From contig CASEQD010000002.1 in the NCBI GenBank assembly GCA_949289935.1, positions 1,847 through 65,846 on the forward strand: a stretch of 64,000 bases of DNA, in the 5' to 3' direction. Origin of the DNA: an uncultured Pseudomonadota bacterium. GTDB lineage: Bacteria; Pseudomonadota; Alphaproteobacteria; RF32; CAG-239. A program made the translations under genes and the position numbers. Position 1 is the stretch's first letter, and every line of letters begins with the position of its first letter. Positions 25,530 through 33,841 of the stretch are shown piece after piece. The notes under the pieces were generated by a model. It saw only the letters and a program-made list of their open reading frames with translations, searched no databases and had not been told where the DNA came from.

Positions 25530-26099
25530 ATGGAAAAAAATCGTGTCGAAGAAATTTTTCAGTCCCGAATAGTCAGATTGGGAGCTAAATGGCGTATTCT
25601 ATTGTTGTTGCGTCAAAATCTGCAATGTGATTCTATGGGCGAATACCAATGTTTTTTGAGCGAAGATGAGGTGCTCAGCCTGATAAAACGCGTGGATTGT
25701 TCTGATCCGCAAAGAAAGACAAGGGATTTTTGGGATCAGTGTTATGAGCGGTTGCTGCCGTTTATTGCGGAAAAACCAACGGATGGGCTGCTGAAATATA
25801 TTATGCTTCACGGGTATTTGCTCAATACTTTTTTCCGGGTTCTCGGTGAAGATGAATTGCGTCATAACAGACCTTTACAGCGTAAGTTATGTGAAATTGA
25901 AAAAGGCGAATGCGGAATGTTTACACCTAAATTCAGCTTTTTGTTTTTTCATTATGCGGTGCGTTATGATTTGGATGATGACTTGCTGGATGAATTGTTG
26001 CGTGATGAACAAAAATATGGCTGTTTGTTGTCAGTTTATAAAGATTCCAGACATGTGAAGAATACAACCGGAATTTTGGGAGGCCGGGGGCTTTGGTGA
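25530..26099 (+). CDS. hypothetical protein, tandem paralog 1
   Basis: Aligns by eye along its length with the 26239 protein (NRVE..., LSE(D/E)EV(L/M)SL(I/L)(K/E)RVD(C/R)SDP, ERL(L/I)PF, YGYL, PKF, RYDL). No family was recognised. Confidence 0.45.
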   Translation: MEKNRVEEIFQSRIVRLGAKWRILLLLRQNLQCDSMGEYQCFLSEDEVLSLIKRVDCSDPQRKTRDFWDQCYERLLPFIAEKPTDGLLKYIMLHGYLLNTFFRVLGEDELRHNRPLQRKLCEIEKGECGMFTPKFSFLFFHYAVRYDLDDDLLDELLRDEQKYGCLLSVYKDSRHVKNTTGILGGRGLW

Positions 26100-26129
26100 A
26101 AAAATCTTTGTTCTTTGGGATGGTTTAAG

Positions 26130-26158
26130 GCCGGCGGTAAATATCTGCCGGCTTTTTT
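26130..26158 (+). terminator. intrinsic terminator
   Basis: GCCGGCGG / CTGCCGGC stem followed by T6. Confidence 0.55.
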
Positions 26159-26161
26159 GTA

Positions 26162-26190
26162 TTGAAAAGCGGGAAGTTATCGGTTATAAC
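26162..26190 (+). promoter_or_regulatory. sigma70-like promoter, copy 1 of a duplicated promoter
   Basis: TTGAAA, a 17-nt spacer (AGCGGGAAGTTATCGGT), then TATAAC. It is a near-copy of 26820-26848. Confidence 0.55.
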
Positions 26191-26238
26191 AGAGGCAGTG
26201 TTGAAATTATTGTTGTATTATTTTTAATTATAAAAATT

Positions 26239-26775
26239 ATGAAAAATAAAGAAAAAAACCGGGTAGAAAAAGCTTTGCGCTATCGTTTATTTGGTTTGGG
26301 CAAGTGGTTTCGGATTTCAAAGTTGTTTGGCGAGACTTTAATTGATGACGGGGAAAAGAAAACCTGTCTTTTATCGGAAGAAGAGGTTATGAGTCTGCTT
26401 GAACGGGTAGATAGATCCGATCCGAAAAAACGGAAGATTGATTGGTTTGACCTTTGTTTTGAACGGTTAATTCCTTTTTTGCCGATGTTTCCATCGGATG
26501 AGCCTTTAGTGTTTATTTCCAAGTACGGATATTTGGAACAGACTTTTTGGAATGTTCTGGATAATGACGGAAATATCGGAAGAGATGTTTTTTTTCAGTA
26601 CAGATTGTGCGAGGTGACTTCCTCACGTAAAGCCGGGCTGTTTTATCCGAAGTTTGGCAATTTGCTTTTCGGATATATTCAGCGTTATGATTTATTGCCG
26701 CAGGTTAAAGATGCTTTGTTTGACAACCCGATGTATGCGAGAGTTGTTTTGTGTTATAAAACGGCGCGGTCATAA
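26239..26775 (+). CDS. hypothetical protein, tandem paralog 2
   Basis: See 25530-26099. Confidence 0.45.
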   Translation: MKNKEKNRVEKALRYRLFGLGKWFRISKLFGETLIDDGEKKTCLLSEEEVMSLLERVDRSDPKKRKIDWFDLCFERLIPFLPMFPSDEPLVFISKYGYLEQTFWNVLDNDGNIGRDVFFQYRLCEVTSSRKAGLFYPKFGNLLFGYIQRYDLLPQVKDALFDNPMYARVVLCYKTARS

Positions 26776-26784
26776 TGATGAAAG

Positions 26785-26816
26785 AAAAAAGCCATTGGTT
26801 TTCCAATGGCTTTTTT
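26785..26816 (+). terminator. intrinsic terminator
   Basis: Perfect 8-bp stem GCCATTGG-TTTT-CCAATGGC flanked by A6 and T6. Confidence 0.65.
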
Positions 26817-26819
26817 GTG

Positions 26820-26848
26820 TTGAAAAGCGGTAATTTATCGGCTATAAG
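26820..26848 (+). promoter_or_regulatory. sigma70-like promoter of ychF, copy 2
   Basis: TTGAAA, a 17-nt spacer (AGCGGTAATTTATCGGC), then TATAAG. Confidence 0.55.
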
Positions 26849-26889
26849 AAAGGCAATTCGGATAGATTTTGCTTTGAGGAGATTTTTTT

Positions 26890-28002
26890 ATGGGATTTAA
26901 TTGCGGAATTGTCGGTCTGCCTAATGTGGGAAAATCGACTTTGTTTAATGCCTTGACGCAAACGATTGCGGCGCAGGCGGCGAATTTTCCGTTTTGTACG
27001 ATTGAGCCGAATACGGGACGCGTGGCTGTTCCGGATAAGCGTTTGAATCAGCTGACGGAAATTGTCAAGCCGCGGATGGTTACGCCGACGCAATTGGAGT
27101 TTGTAGATATTGCCGGACTTGTGAAGGGAGCATCCAAAGGCGAGGGATTGGGTAATCAGTTTTTGGCCAATATCCGGGAGGTTGATGCCATTATTCATGT
27201 TTTGCGGTGTTTTGACGATGATAATATTACGCATGTTGAAGGTTCCGTTGATCCGGTACGCGATGCCGATATTGTGGAAACGGAATTGATGATTGCCGAT
27301 TTGGAATCTCTGGAAAAGCGTTTTGAACAGACAAAGAAAAAAGCCCAAACCGGCGGAGATAAAGAAGCAAAAATCCGGGCACAGGTGATGGAACCGGTGA
27401 TTGAAGCGCTGCGAGCCGGCAAGCCGGCGCGTTCGGCAGCTCCGGATAAGGCTGACAAAGAAATCTGGAAGCAATATGAAATGTTGCAGCTGCTGACATC
27501 CAAACCGGTGTTGTATGTGTGTAATGTTGATGAGGAATCGGCTGCTTCAGGCAATAAATATTCAAAACAGGTTGAAGAGAGGGCTAAGGCCGAAGGGACG
27601 GAAGCCGTTATTATTTCCGCGGCTATCGAATCGGAAGTCGCCCAGCTTGATGATGAAGCTGAAAAAAAGGAATTTTTGGAATCGCTCGGATTGGAAGAAA
27701 CCGGGTTGGCGAAAATTATCCGTGCCGGTTATAAAATTCTCGGGTTGCAGACTTATTTTACCTGCGGGCCGAAAGAGGTTCGTGCATGGACTTTTCTTAA
27801 GGGGTCAAAAGCACCACAGTGTGCCGGAATTATTCATTCGGATTTTGAACGGGGATTTATCCGCGCCGAAACAATTTCTTTTGAAGATTTTATTAAGTTC
27901 GGCGGAGAGCAGGGATGCAAAGAGGCCGGTAAGGTTCGCTCCGAAGGAAAGGAATATGTGGTGCAGGACGGTGATGTGCTGGAATTTCTTTTCAATGTTT
28001 AG
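26890..28002 (+). CDS. ychF: redox-regulated ATPase YchF
   Basis: [18 protein letters not shown], a coiled insertion and a TGS-like C-terminus ([14 protein letters not shown]). Confidence 0.95.
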   Translation: MGFNCGIVGLPNVGKSTLFNALTQTIAAQAANFPFCTIEPNTGRVAVPDKRLNQLTEIVKPRMVTPTQLEFVDIAGLVKGASKGEGLGNQFLANIREVDAIIHVLRCFDDDNITHVEGSVDPVRDADIVETELMIADLESLEKRFEQTKKKAQTGGDKEAKIRAQVMEPVIEALRAGKPARSAAPDKADKEIWKQYEMLQLLTSKPVLYVCNVDEESAASGNKYSKQVEERAKAEGTEAVIISAAIESEVAQLDDEAEKKEFLESLGLEETGLAKIIRAGYKILGLQTYFTCGPKEVRAWTFLKGSKAPQCAGIIHSDFERGFIRAETISFEDFIKFGGEQGCKEAGKVRSEGKEYVVQDGDVLEFLFNV

Positions 28003-28020
28003 ATTTGAGGAGATTTTTTG

Positions 28021-28482
28021 ATGAGACTGGCTTTGTATCAGCCCGATATTCCGCAGAATACGGGGACGTTGTTGCGTTTAGGAGCTTGTTTGGATTTACC
28101 GTTGGATATTATTGAGCCCTGCGGGTTTATTTTTAATGAAAAAGCAATGCGTCGGGCCGGAATGGATTATCTGGAGCAGGTTTCGTACCGCAGGCACAAT
28201 TCCTGGCAGGATTTTTTGAGCTATCGGCTGGCTCATCCGGAAGAATACGGGCGGTTGGTGCTGATGACAACTCATGCGTCCGAGCCTTATACAACTTTTA
28301 AATTTTTGCCAAATGACATTATTCTGATGGGAAGAGAGAGCGCCGGTGTTCCGGAATCGGTACATCTTCAGGCAGATGCCCGATTGGTGATTCCGATGAA
28401 ATCAGGCGTTCGGTCCATTAATATGGCCATATCGGCAGCAATGGCGGCGGGAGAGGCGTTGCGGCAAATAAGACAGAGTTGA
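28021..28482 (+). CDS. trmL: tRNA (cytidine/uridine-2'-O)-methyltransferase TrmL (SpoU family)
   Basis: About 153 aa. IPQNTGTLLRLGAC..., LMGRESAGVP, SINMAISAAM knot motifs. Confidence 0.8.
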   Translation: MRLALYQPDIPQNTGTLLRLGACLDLPLDIIEPCGFIFNEKAMRRAGMDYLEQVSYRRHNSWQDFLSYRLAHPEEYGRLVLMTTHASEPYTTFKFLPNDIILMGRESAGVPESVHLQADARLVIPMKSGVRSINMAISAAMAAGEALRQIRQS

Positions 28483-28495
28483 TTTTTTTTGAACT

Positions 28496-29857
28496 TTATT
28501 TGTTGCGGAGATATTGTCGACATTTTGCAATGCTGTTTCTGACTTTTTTTATTTCATCCGGTAATTGGGCATTTTCATACATATAAAGAGCGTCGTGGAA
28601 ATATTCCATGGCTTCTTCAAAATAGGATTTTCCGGCTCCGTTTTGTCCCAGGTGGTAATGTATTTCCCCAATGTTTTCCTGTATTTTACCCCATTCCAGA
28701 GGATATCTTTTTTCGGAAATGACTTTTTGGCGGTTTTGATAAGCGGCTACGGCCAGTTCGGAAATTTCGGCGCTTTTGGTGAAACTTCCGAGCAAAGCCA
28801 GCATTTGTCCGAGTTTCCCCTGAATCTCAGCCCAAAATGCCGGGAACAAGGCATAGGTATATATTTTTTCGGCTTCTCTGAGTTGGAAGACAGCATCGCG
28901 CAGTGCCTGAATGTCTTCTTTTTGTTTCCAGTAACTGAAAAACAATCCTGCCAGTTTGTATGAAATGTAGCCATAATCGTAAGGATAACTGTATTTTCCC
29001 AAGTATTTTTGCGCCCGGCGGTAATATTCTATTGCGCCTTTGAAATAAGAAGAAGGATTGCGCGTGGTGTAAAGCGTGGCAGAATCGTACAACTGTGCAA
29101 GATGGTAATAAATGCAGCCGAGGTGAATGGGGGTGGTCAACCGATCCTGATGTTTCAGAGCCGTATTGAGAAGATTGTAAATTGTTTTGAAATTTTGTCC
29201 GTTTCCCTGTTCGGCGGCGTAGCTTAAATAAATGATTCCCAGAAAATTCATGGTATAAGGGAGATATTCAAAGGGAAGCTTTTTTGCAGAATTGTCCGTT
29301 GATAATTCATTTATGATTTTTTTCAGCAGATAACGGCGGTATATGCGGCTTTCACTGTTTGCAGGCGAGACGGCGCTGATAACGGCTCCGTGAATAAGAT
29401 TAAGCAGCGCCTGCGGGAAAAAAGCGCTGTTTGCGGCAGATATGGCCGGAATGTAAATGCTGTCGAGCAGTGAGACAAAGGATTTGTCTTCATATTCATA
29501 TTGTTTGCCGGTTTGAAAGTTCAGACGGATTTTATCTTCTTCCCGGTATCCCCAGATAATGACATCGGCTTTGGTTTTATCTAAAATATCCTGCCCTTTG
29601 TCAATCAGATCAAAGATGGTGCGGCTTTCCAAATTCAGAAAGTTTTTGCCGAAAGGTTCATCAAAGTAAAAAACTTTAAGATCGTCAAAGTTTCCCAGCA
29701 GTCTGGCCAGCGCCAACCCGCTTTCGGCATCGGTATTGTCTGCAAATTCTACCACCCCGATGCGGAAAAGAACCGGCGGGCAGTTTTCTATCTCGTCCGT
29801 TATTTTTTGTTCAATAACCGGAAAAAGGATGTCTTTCAACCGGGACAGAATTTTCAT
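28496..29857 (-). CDS. hypothetical TPR-like repeat protein
   Basis: The C-terminal 250 aa show repeated W..Q..LG....G / A...Y..A helical-repeat patterns. The N-terminal 130 aa are unassigned. It is the last gene of the rsmB operon. Confidence 0.4.
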   Translation of the reverse strand: MKILSRLKDILFPVIEQKITDEIENCPPVLFRIGVVEFADNTDAESGLALARLLGNFDDLKVFYFDEPFGKNFLNLESRTIFDLIDKGQDILDKTKADVIIWGYREEDKIRLNFQTGKQYEYEDKSFVSLLDSIYIPAISAANSAFFPQALLNLIHGAVISAVSPANSESRIYRRYLLKKIINELSTDNSAKKLPFEYLPYTMNFLGIIYLSYAAEQGNGQNFKTIYNLLNTALKHQDRLTTPIHLGCIYYHLAQLYDSATLYTTRNPSSYFKGAIEYYRRAQKYLGKYSYPYDYGYISYKLAGLFFSYWKQKEDIQALRDAVFQLREAEKIYTYALFPAFWAEIQGKLGQMLALLGSFTKSAEISELAVAAYQNRQKVISEKRYPLEWGKIQENIGEIHYHLGQNGAGKSYFEEAMEYFHDALYMYENAQLPDEIKKVRNSIAKCRQYLRNK

Positions 29858-29861
29858 GACG

Positions 29862-30929
29862 TCAGTTATCCTTTCTCAGGTTGTCTTTTATTTCGTTTAT
29901 GTTGTTTTTGACTTCTCTGACAATGTTTTGATTCATTTCTTTCAGAGTGGGAATTTTTTTGTCCCAGTTTTGCAGGGCGCTGCCAAACCAAACAACAGCA
30001 ATGATGCTCAGCAGAGGAATGGAATAGGAATTTGGCGCATAAAGTTGAAATGTTCCGATGATAATTAAAAAAACACAGATGCGGGTAATGCTGCGGTACA
30101 GATCGGTCGGGAGGAGCCCTTTGGCAAATGCTTTGTAATAAGGTGTGTCGGCAGTAATGTTTTGTTTGTCGGAACGAAGGGTGATTTTTTGCAGAATAAC
30201 AAAGAGAATTGTGTAAATATAAAACATGTTAAATACAAGATTGCAGGAGGCGGCTCCATCTTGCACGGATTTTAGAATCAGGCAGCCGGAAAGAAATGCG
30301 AATCCCAGGCATTCTGCGTTGTTTAGCGGGAAGCGGGCCGGCCAGATATTGAAAACAAGAAGGGACAAAAATACGGATGCCGCTGCCAGACACAAGAATC
30401 CCAGCAACAGAGGCGCTCCGTCAAGCAGACTTAAAATGAAAATGCCAAACAGCGGCGTTATGAGCATTATGGGGGCTATGCCGTCAATGCCGTTAAGCAG
30501 CGGAAAGCAAAAACAAAAAAGAGCAAGACAGACGGTCAGAAAACAACGATCTGCCCAGAAGGGAAGGTTTCCGTCAAAGAGCAGAAATTGTTCGGGAACA
30601 AGCAGGCAGAAAATTGTTGAAAAAAGCAAAATGCCGGGCAGGGTATATTTTATCGCCGGCCGGAAATATGCCAGCATATAAATCAGAAAGCCAAAGCCCG
30701 TTATCAGGCAGATTTCCCAAAACGGAAAAGAAAAAATGAAGTCTGTTTGCCGGGGATACAGAAAAAACAAAGCTGTAAAACTGATGAAAATGAGAGGAAG
30801 AAGGCTGGTAAAAACATTTTTCAAGAGAGGATTTCCGTTTGGGAAGGCAAAGAGAATTTTCAGCAGGGAAAAACCCAGCAAAAAGCAGATACAAAAAACA
30901 GCAATGGTTGTAATCAGCGTTATTTCCAT
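29862..30929 (-). CDS. polytopic membrane protein, divergent MraY/WecA (glycosyltransferase family 4)-like
   Basis: LLNGIDGIAP resembles N..DG.DGL. FNIWPARFPLNNAECLGF resembles N..PA.iFMGD.GS..LG, with GD replaced by NN. Confidence 0.4.
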   Translation of the reverse strand: MEITLITTIAVFCICFLLGFSLLKILFAFPNGNPLLKNVFTSLLPLIFISFTALFFLYPRQTDFIFSFPFWEICLITGFGFLIYMLAYFRPAIKYTLPGILLFSTIFCLLVPEQFLLFDGNLPFWADRCFLTVCLALFCFCFPLLNGIDGIAPIMLITPLFGIFILSLLDGAPLLLGFLCLAAASVFLSLLVFNIWPARFPLNNAECLGFAFLSGCLILKSVQDGAASCNLVFNMFYIYTILFVILQKITLRSDKQNITADTPYYKAFAKGLLPTDLYRSITRICVFLIIIGTFQLYAPNSYSIPLLSIIAVVWFGSALQNWDKKIPTLKEMNQNIVREVKNNINEIKDNLRKDN

Positions 30930-30998
30930 GTTCTTTTATTCCCGCAACATAATTTGTTCCGATTATATCTTATCTGCCGGAATCTGCAATATGAGATG

Positions 30999-31901
30999 TC
31001 AGGTTATGCTAAGATATGTGTTGTAGACACCGAAAATGAGTTTTTTTAATTCCGGTATTTTTTGTTTGTTTTTTTCGGCGGCAGGAAGGATGACGGAACT
31101 TATCATATTGAGTTCGGCAGTTTTTCCGTTTCTGACTTCGTTTTGCAGCGGCAGTGTGCAGCCAGCCGGAACGGCAGATGTTTTTTCGATGATTTCTTTT
31201 GGGACGAGTTTGACGTTATCGGTTTCGGATAAGGCACAGAGTTCTTCGCTCAATCGGTTTAGCAACAAGACAGCAGAAGCGTTTTTGAGCGTCTGAGACA
31301 GCTCTTTTCCGCTAGCGGCCGTCAGCAGGGATGCTGCGGCATATACGGAAAAATTCTGCCAGAATATCTGGTTTTTATTTTTAGAGAAATCAAGTTTGAT
31401 TTTGGCGGCGGAGAAGCATTCTTCGGTAATTTTTTTCAATTTTTCATCCAGCGGGGTGTAGATTGTTGCCGCCGGTTTTTTTTCGGAAAATATAATCTGT
31501 CGGTTTTCTTCAACAAGCCATCCGTGAAAAACGGCCTGGGCGAAGTTTGCGCCTAACATGTCGCGAAGCCAGGCTGTTTCTTTCAGCAGCGTGAAACAAA
31601 GAGCCGGGGCATTACCGGTTTTTTCAGAAATTACGGCGCTTAAATCGGCACGGAGCGTTGATGCGGGTGAGGTTATCAGCAGAAGTTTGGCTTCTTCTCT
31701 GGTCCAAGCTGCGGTTTCAAAGGCATAATGTTTTTTTCCAAGGCCAAAATTTTCTTTTATGGTTGTTTCCCTGGTATTGAGTTTGTTTTTATCTGCCGAG
31801 CCGGTTAATATGACGACGCGTTTTCCCGCCTCTGCGAATTTTGCAGCCAAATAACGGGAAAGAGCCGTGCCGCCCAAAATGTATATCGGTTTATCAGTCA
31901 T
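30999..31901 (-). CDS. ketopantoate-reductase (ApbA/PanE)-like protein, divergent
   Basis: N-terminal Rossmann-like IYILGGTALSRYLAAKFAEAGKRVVIL. C-terminal IFWQNFSVYAAASLLTA and NEVRNGKTAELNMISSVIL resemble the KPR C-domain. It overlaps the rsmB stop by 4 nt. Confidence 0.4.
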   Translation of the reverse strand: MTDKPIYILGGTALSRYLAAKFAEAGKRVVILTGSADKNKLNTRETTIKENFGLGKKHYAFETAAWTREEAKLLLITSPASTLRADLSAVISEKTGNAPALCFTLLKETAWLRDMLGANFAQAVFHGWLVEENRQIIFSEKKPAATIYTPLDEKLKKITEECFSAAKIKLDFSKNKNQIFWQNFSVYAAASLLTAASGKELSQTLKNASAVLLLNRLSEELCALSETDNVKLVPKEIIEKTSAVPAGCTLPLQNEVRNGKTAELNMISSVILPAAEKNKQKIPELKKLIFGVYNTYLSIT

Positions 31902-33193
31902 TCTTTTTCCTTTTGCAATTTTGCAATAAAAAACGAATCGAGACCGCCATATTCTTTCAGCATGAACGGAAGCGTGCGGATGAAGCCGTTTGAATCCGTC
32001 AATTCCCGAAAAACGGTTTTGGAACTGCCGCAGATGTCGTTTGAAGAAATGGGAATTATTCGGAATCCGGGGTGGCTTTTCAGAAAATCGAGGATTTGTT
32101 TTTCGCCTTCGCTTTTTGCGATGGAACAGACGCTGTAGACAAGGGTTCCGCCTTTTTTGAGAATCCGGGGGACTTCGTTTAAGAGTTTTTTTTGCAATCC
32201 GGTTTGTCTGGCAACGTCTTCGGATGTTTTGAAATGCACCAGTTCGGGATGTCGACGAAAAATTCCGGTTGCAGAACAGGGAGCGTCAAGAATGACGGCG
32301 TCAAATTGTTCGGCAGGCGCTTCTTTCAGATATTCCAGAGCGTCGGCGGCGATGATTTCGGGTTGGGGAAGATGCAAACGGGCGATGTTTGTACGGAGGG
32401 TTTGCAATCGTTTATTTGAAATGTCGAGCGAAACAACCCGGGCGCCAAGGCTTAACAGCTGAGCCGTCTTTCCGCCGGGCGCCGCGCATAAATCCAAAAC
32501 TTTTGCACCGGAAAGCGCAGGCAATATCGAAACAGCCAGCGAAGCGGCAAAATCCTGCACCCACCAGCTTCCGTCGGCGTAGCCGGGTAATTCTGTAATT
32601 TTTCCGGGATTTTTTATGCAGATGCTGTTGGCGGCAATGAATTTTCCTTTCAGCTTGTCCGCCCATGCCGGTGCATCTTTTTTTACGGAGATTGTCAGCG
32701 GCGGCTCCCGGACGGAAGCTTGTTCTATTTTTGCAATGATTTCGGGAGAGTAGTCCGGAAGCAGTATGTTTTTGAAACTATCGGGAAAGAATCGTCCGCT
32801 AAATTGTCCAAGGTCGTTTTTCTGATTGCAGATTTTACGGAGTACGGCATTAGCCATGCCCGCGAGAAAGCGATTTGTGCGTCTTTTTATGATATTTACG
32901 CAGCTGTTGAGAACGGCATAGTCCGGCGTGTCCATGTACAGCAGTTCCGTTAAAGCCAGAATTATTGCCAGTTTTGCGTCCAGAGCTTTGGAAGGCAGAG
33001 GTTTTTTTATAAATTGTTGCAGGATGTCTTCCATTCCGGACATGCAGCGAAAAGCCGTCAGGCACAGGTTGTTTAAAAAAGCCATCTCTGCGGCCGGCGT
33101 TTCCGGCGGAAATGACAGAAAGCGTTTTTTTAAGAGGCTGTCTTTTACCGCTGTTAAGGCTATTTCACGTGTATCAGGCATGTCCTTTTCCAA
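31898..33193 (-). CDS. rsmB: 16S rRNA (cytosine967-C5)-methyltransferase RsmB/Sun
   Basis: NusB-like N-domain. VLDLCAAPGGKT SAM motif, DAPCSATG and TLVYSVCS catalytic Cys motifs. Confidence 0.85.
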   Translation of the reverse strand: MEKDMPDTREIALTAVKDSLLKKRFLSFPPETPAAEMAFLNNLCLTAFRCMSGMEDILQQFIKKPLPSKALDAKLAIILALTELLYMDTPDYAVLNSCVNIIKRRTNRFLAGMANAVLRKICNQKNDLGQFSGRFFPDSFKNILLPDYSPEIIAKIEQASVREPPLTISVKKDAPAWADKLKGKFIAANSICIKNPGKITELPGYADGSWWVQDFAASLAVSILPALSGAKVLDLCAAPGGKTAQLLSLGARVVSLDISNKRLQTLRTNIARLHLPQPEIIAADALEYLKEAPAEQFDAVILDAPCSATGIFRRHPELVHFKTSEDVARQTGLQKKLLNEVPRILKKGGTLVYSVCSIAKSEGEKQILDFLKSHPGFRIIPISSNDICGSSKTVFRELTDSNGFIRTLPFMLKEYGGLDSFFIAKLQKEKE

Positions 33194-33325
33194 AAGGGTT
33201 AATTTTTACTGCCGCATATTTTAATGCTTTTAGCGTTAATTACAAGTTAAACATACTTGTCTTTTTGGTAAAAGCCCTTATAATGCGGTTTGGAAATTTG
33301 GTGTTTGTTTGAAAGAGATAAGCTG

Positions 33326-33826
33326 ATGAAACTGAGATTTGCCACTTTGGGATTGTTTTTGTTTTTTGCCGCGGGCTGCGCCGAAATGGCTTCGGCGGTT
33401 CCCGATTTGTCTTCGTGGAAGCTTTTCGGGGCGGAAGATACTGAAAAAAATAAAGAGGAAAAAGAACGGCCGCAAGAAGAGGAAGATACTTATTCCGCCG
33501 TGTTGAGCGTGAATCCTTATTTGTGGCAGGCGGCTTTGGACGAGCTTTCTTTTATGCCTCTGGCATCGGCAGATTCCAAAGGCGGCGTCATTGTTACGGA
33601 CTGGAAAAGTATGCCGGGCGTTTCCGATGAGCAATTTAAGATAACCATTGCCATTTATACCCGGGATTTGCGGGCTGACAGCCTGAAAGCCGAAGTTTTT
33701 GAACGAGAAAATATCAACGGACAGTGGGCGGATAAAAAGACGGATCCGCGTTTGTCCGATGAATTGGAAAAGGCGATTTTGTACCGGGCAAGGGATTTGT
33801 TCAGAAGAGATATTATGACAAGATAA
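33326..33826 (+). CDS. DUF3576-like lipoprotein
   Basis: Lipobox FFAAGC. LWQAALDELSFMPLASADSKGGVIVTDW ... ILYRARDLF matches my recollection of the DUF3576 pattern common next to leuS in Alphaproteobacteria. Confidence 0.55.
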   Translation: MKLRFATLGLFLFFAAGCAEMASAVPDLSSWKLFGAEDTEKNKEEKERPQEEEDTYSAVLSVNPYLWQAALDELSFMPLASADSKGGVIVTDWKSMPGVSDEQFKITIAIYTRDLRADSLKAEVFERENINGQWADKKTDPRLSDELEKAILYRARDLFRRDIMTR

Positions 33827-33841
33827 CGAAGGAAAGATAAA

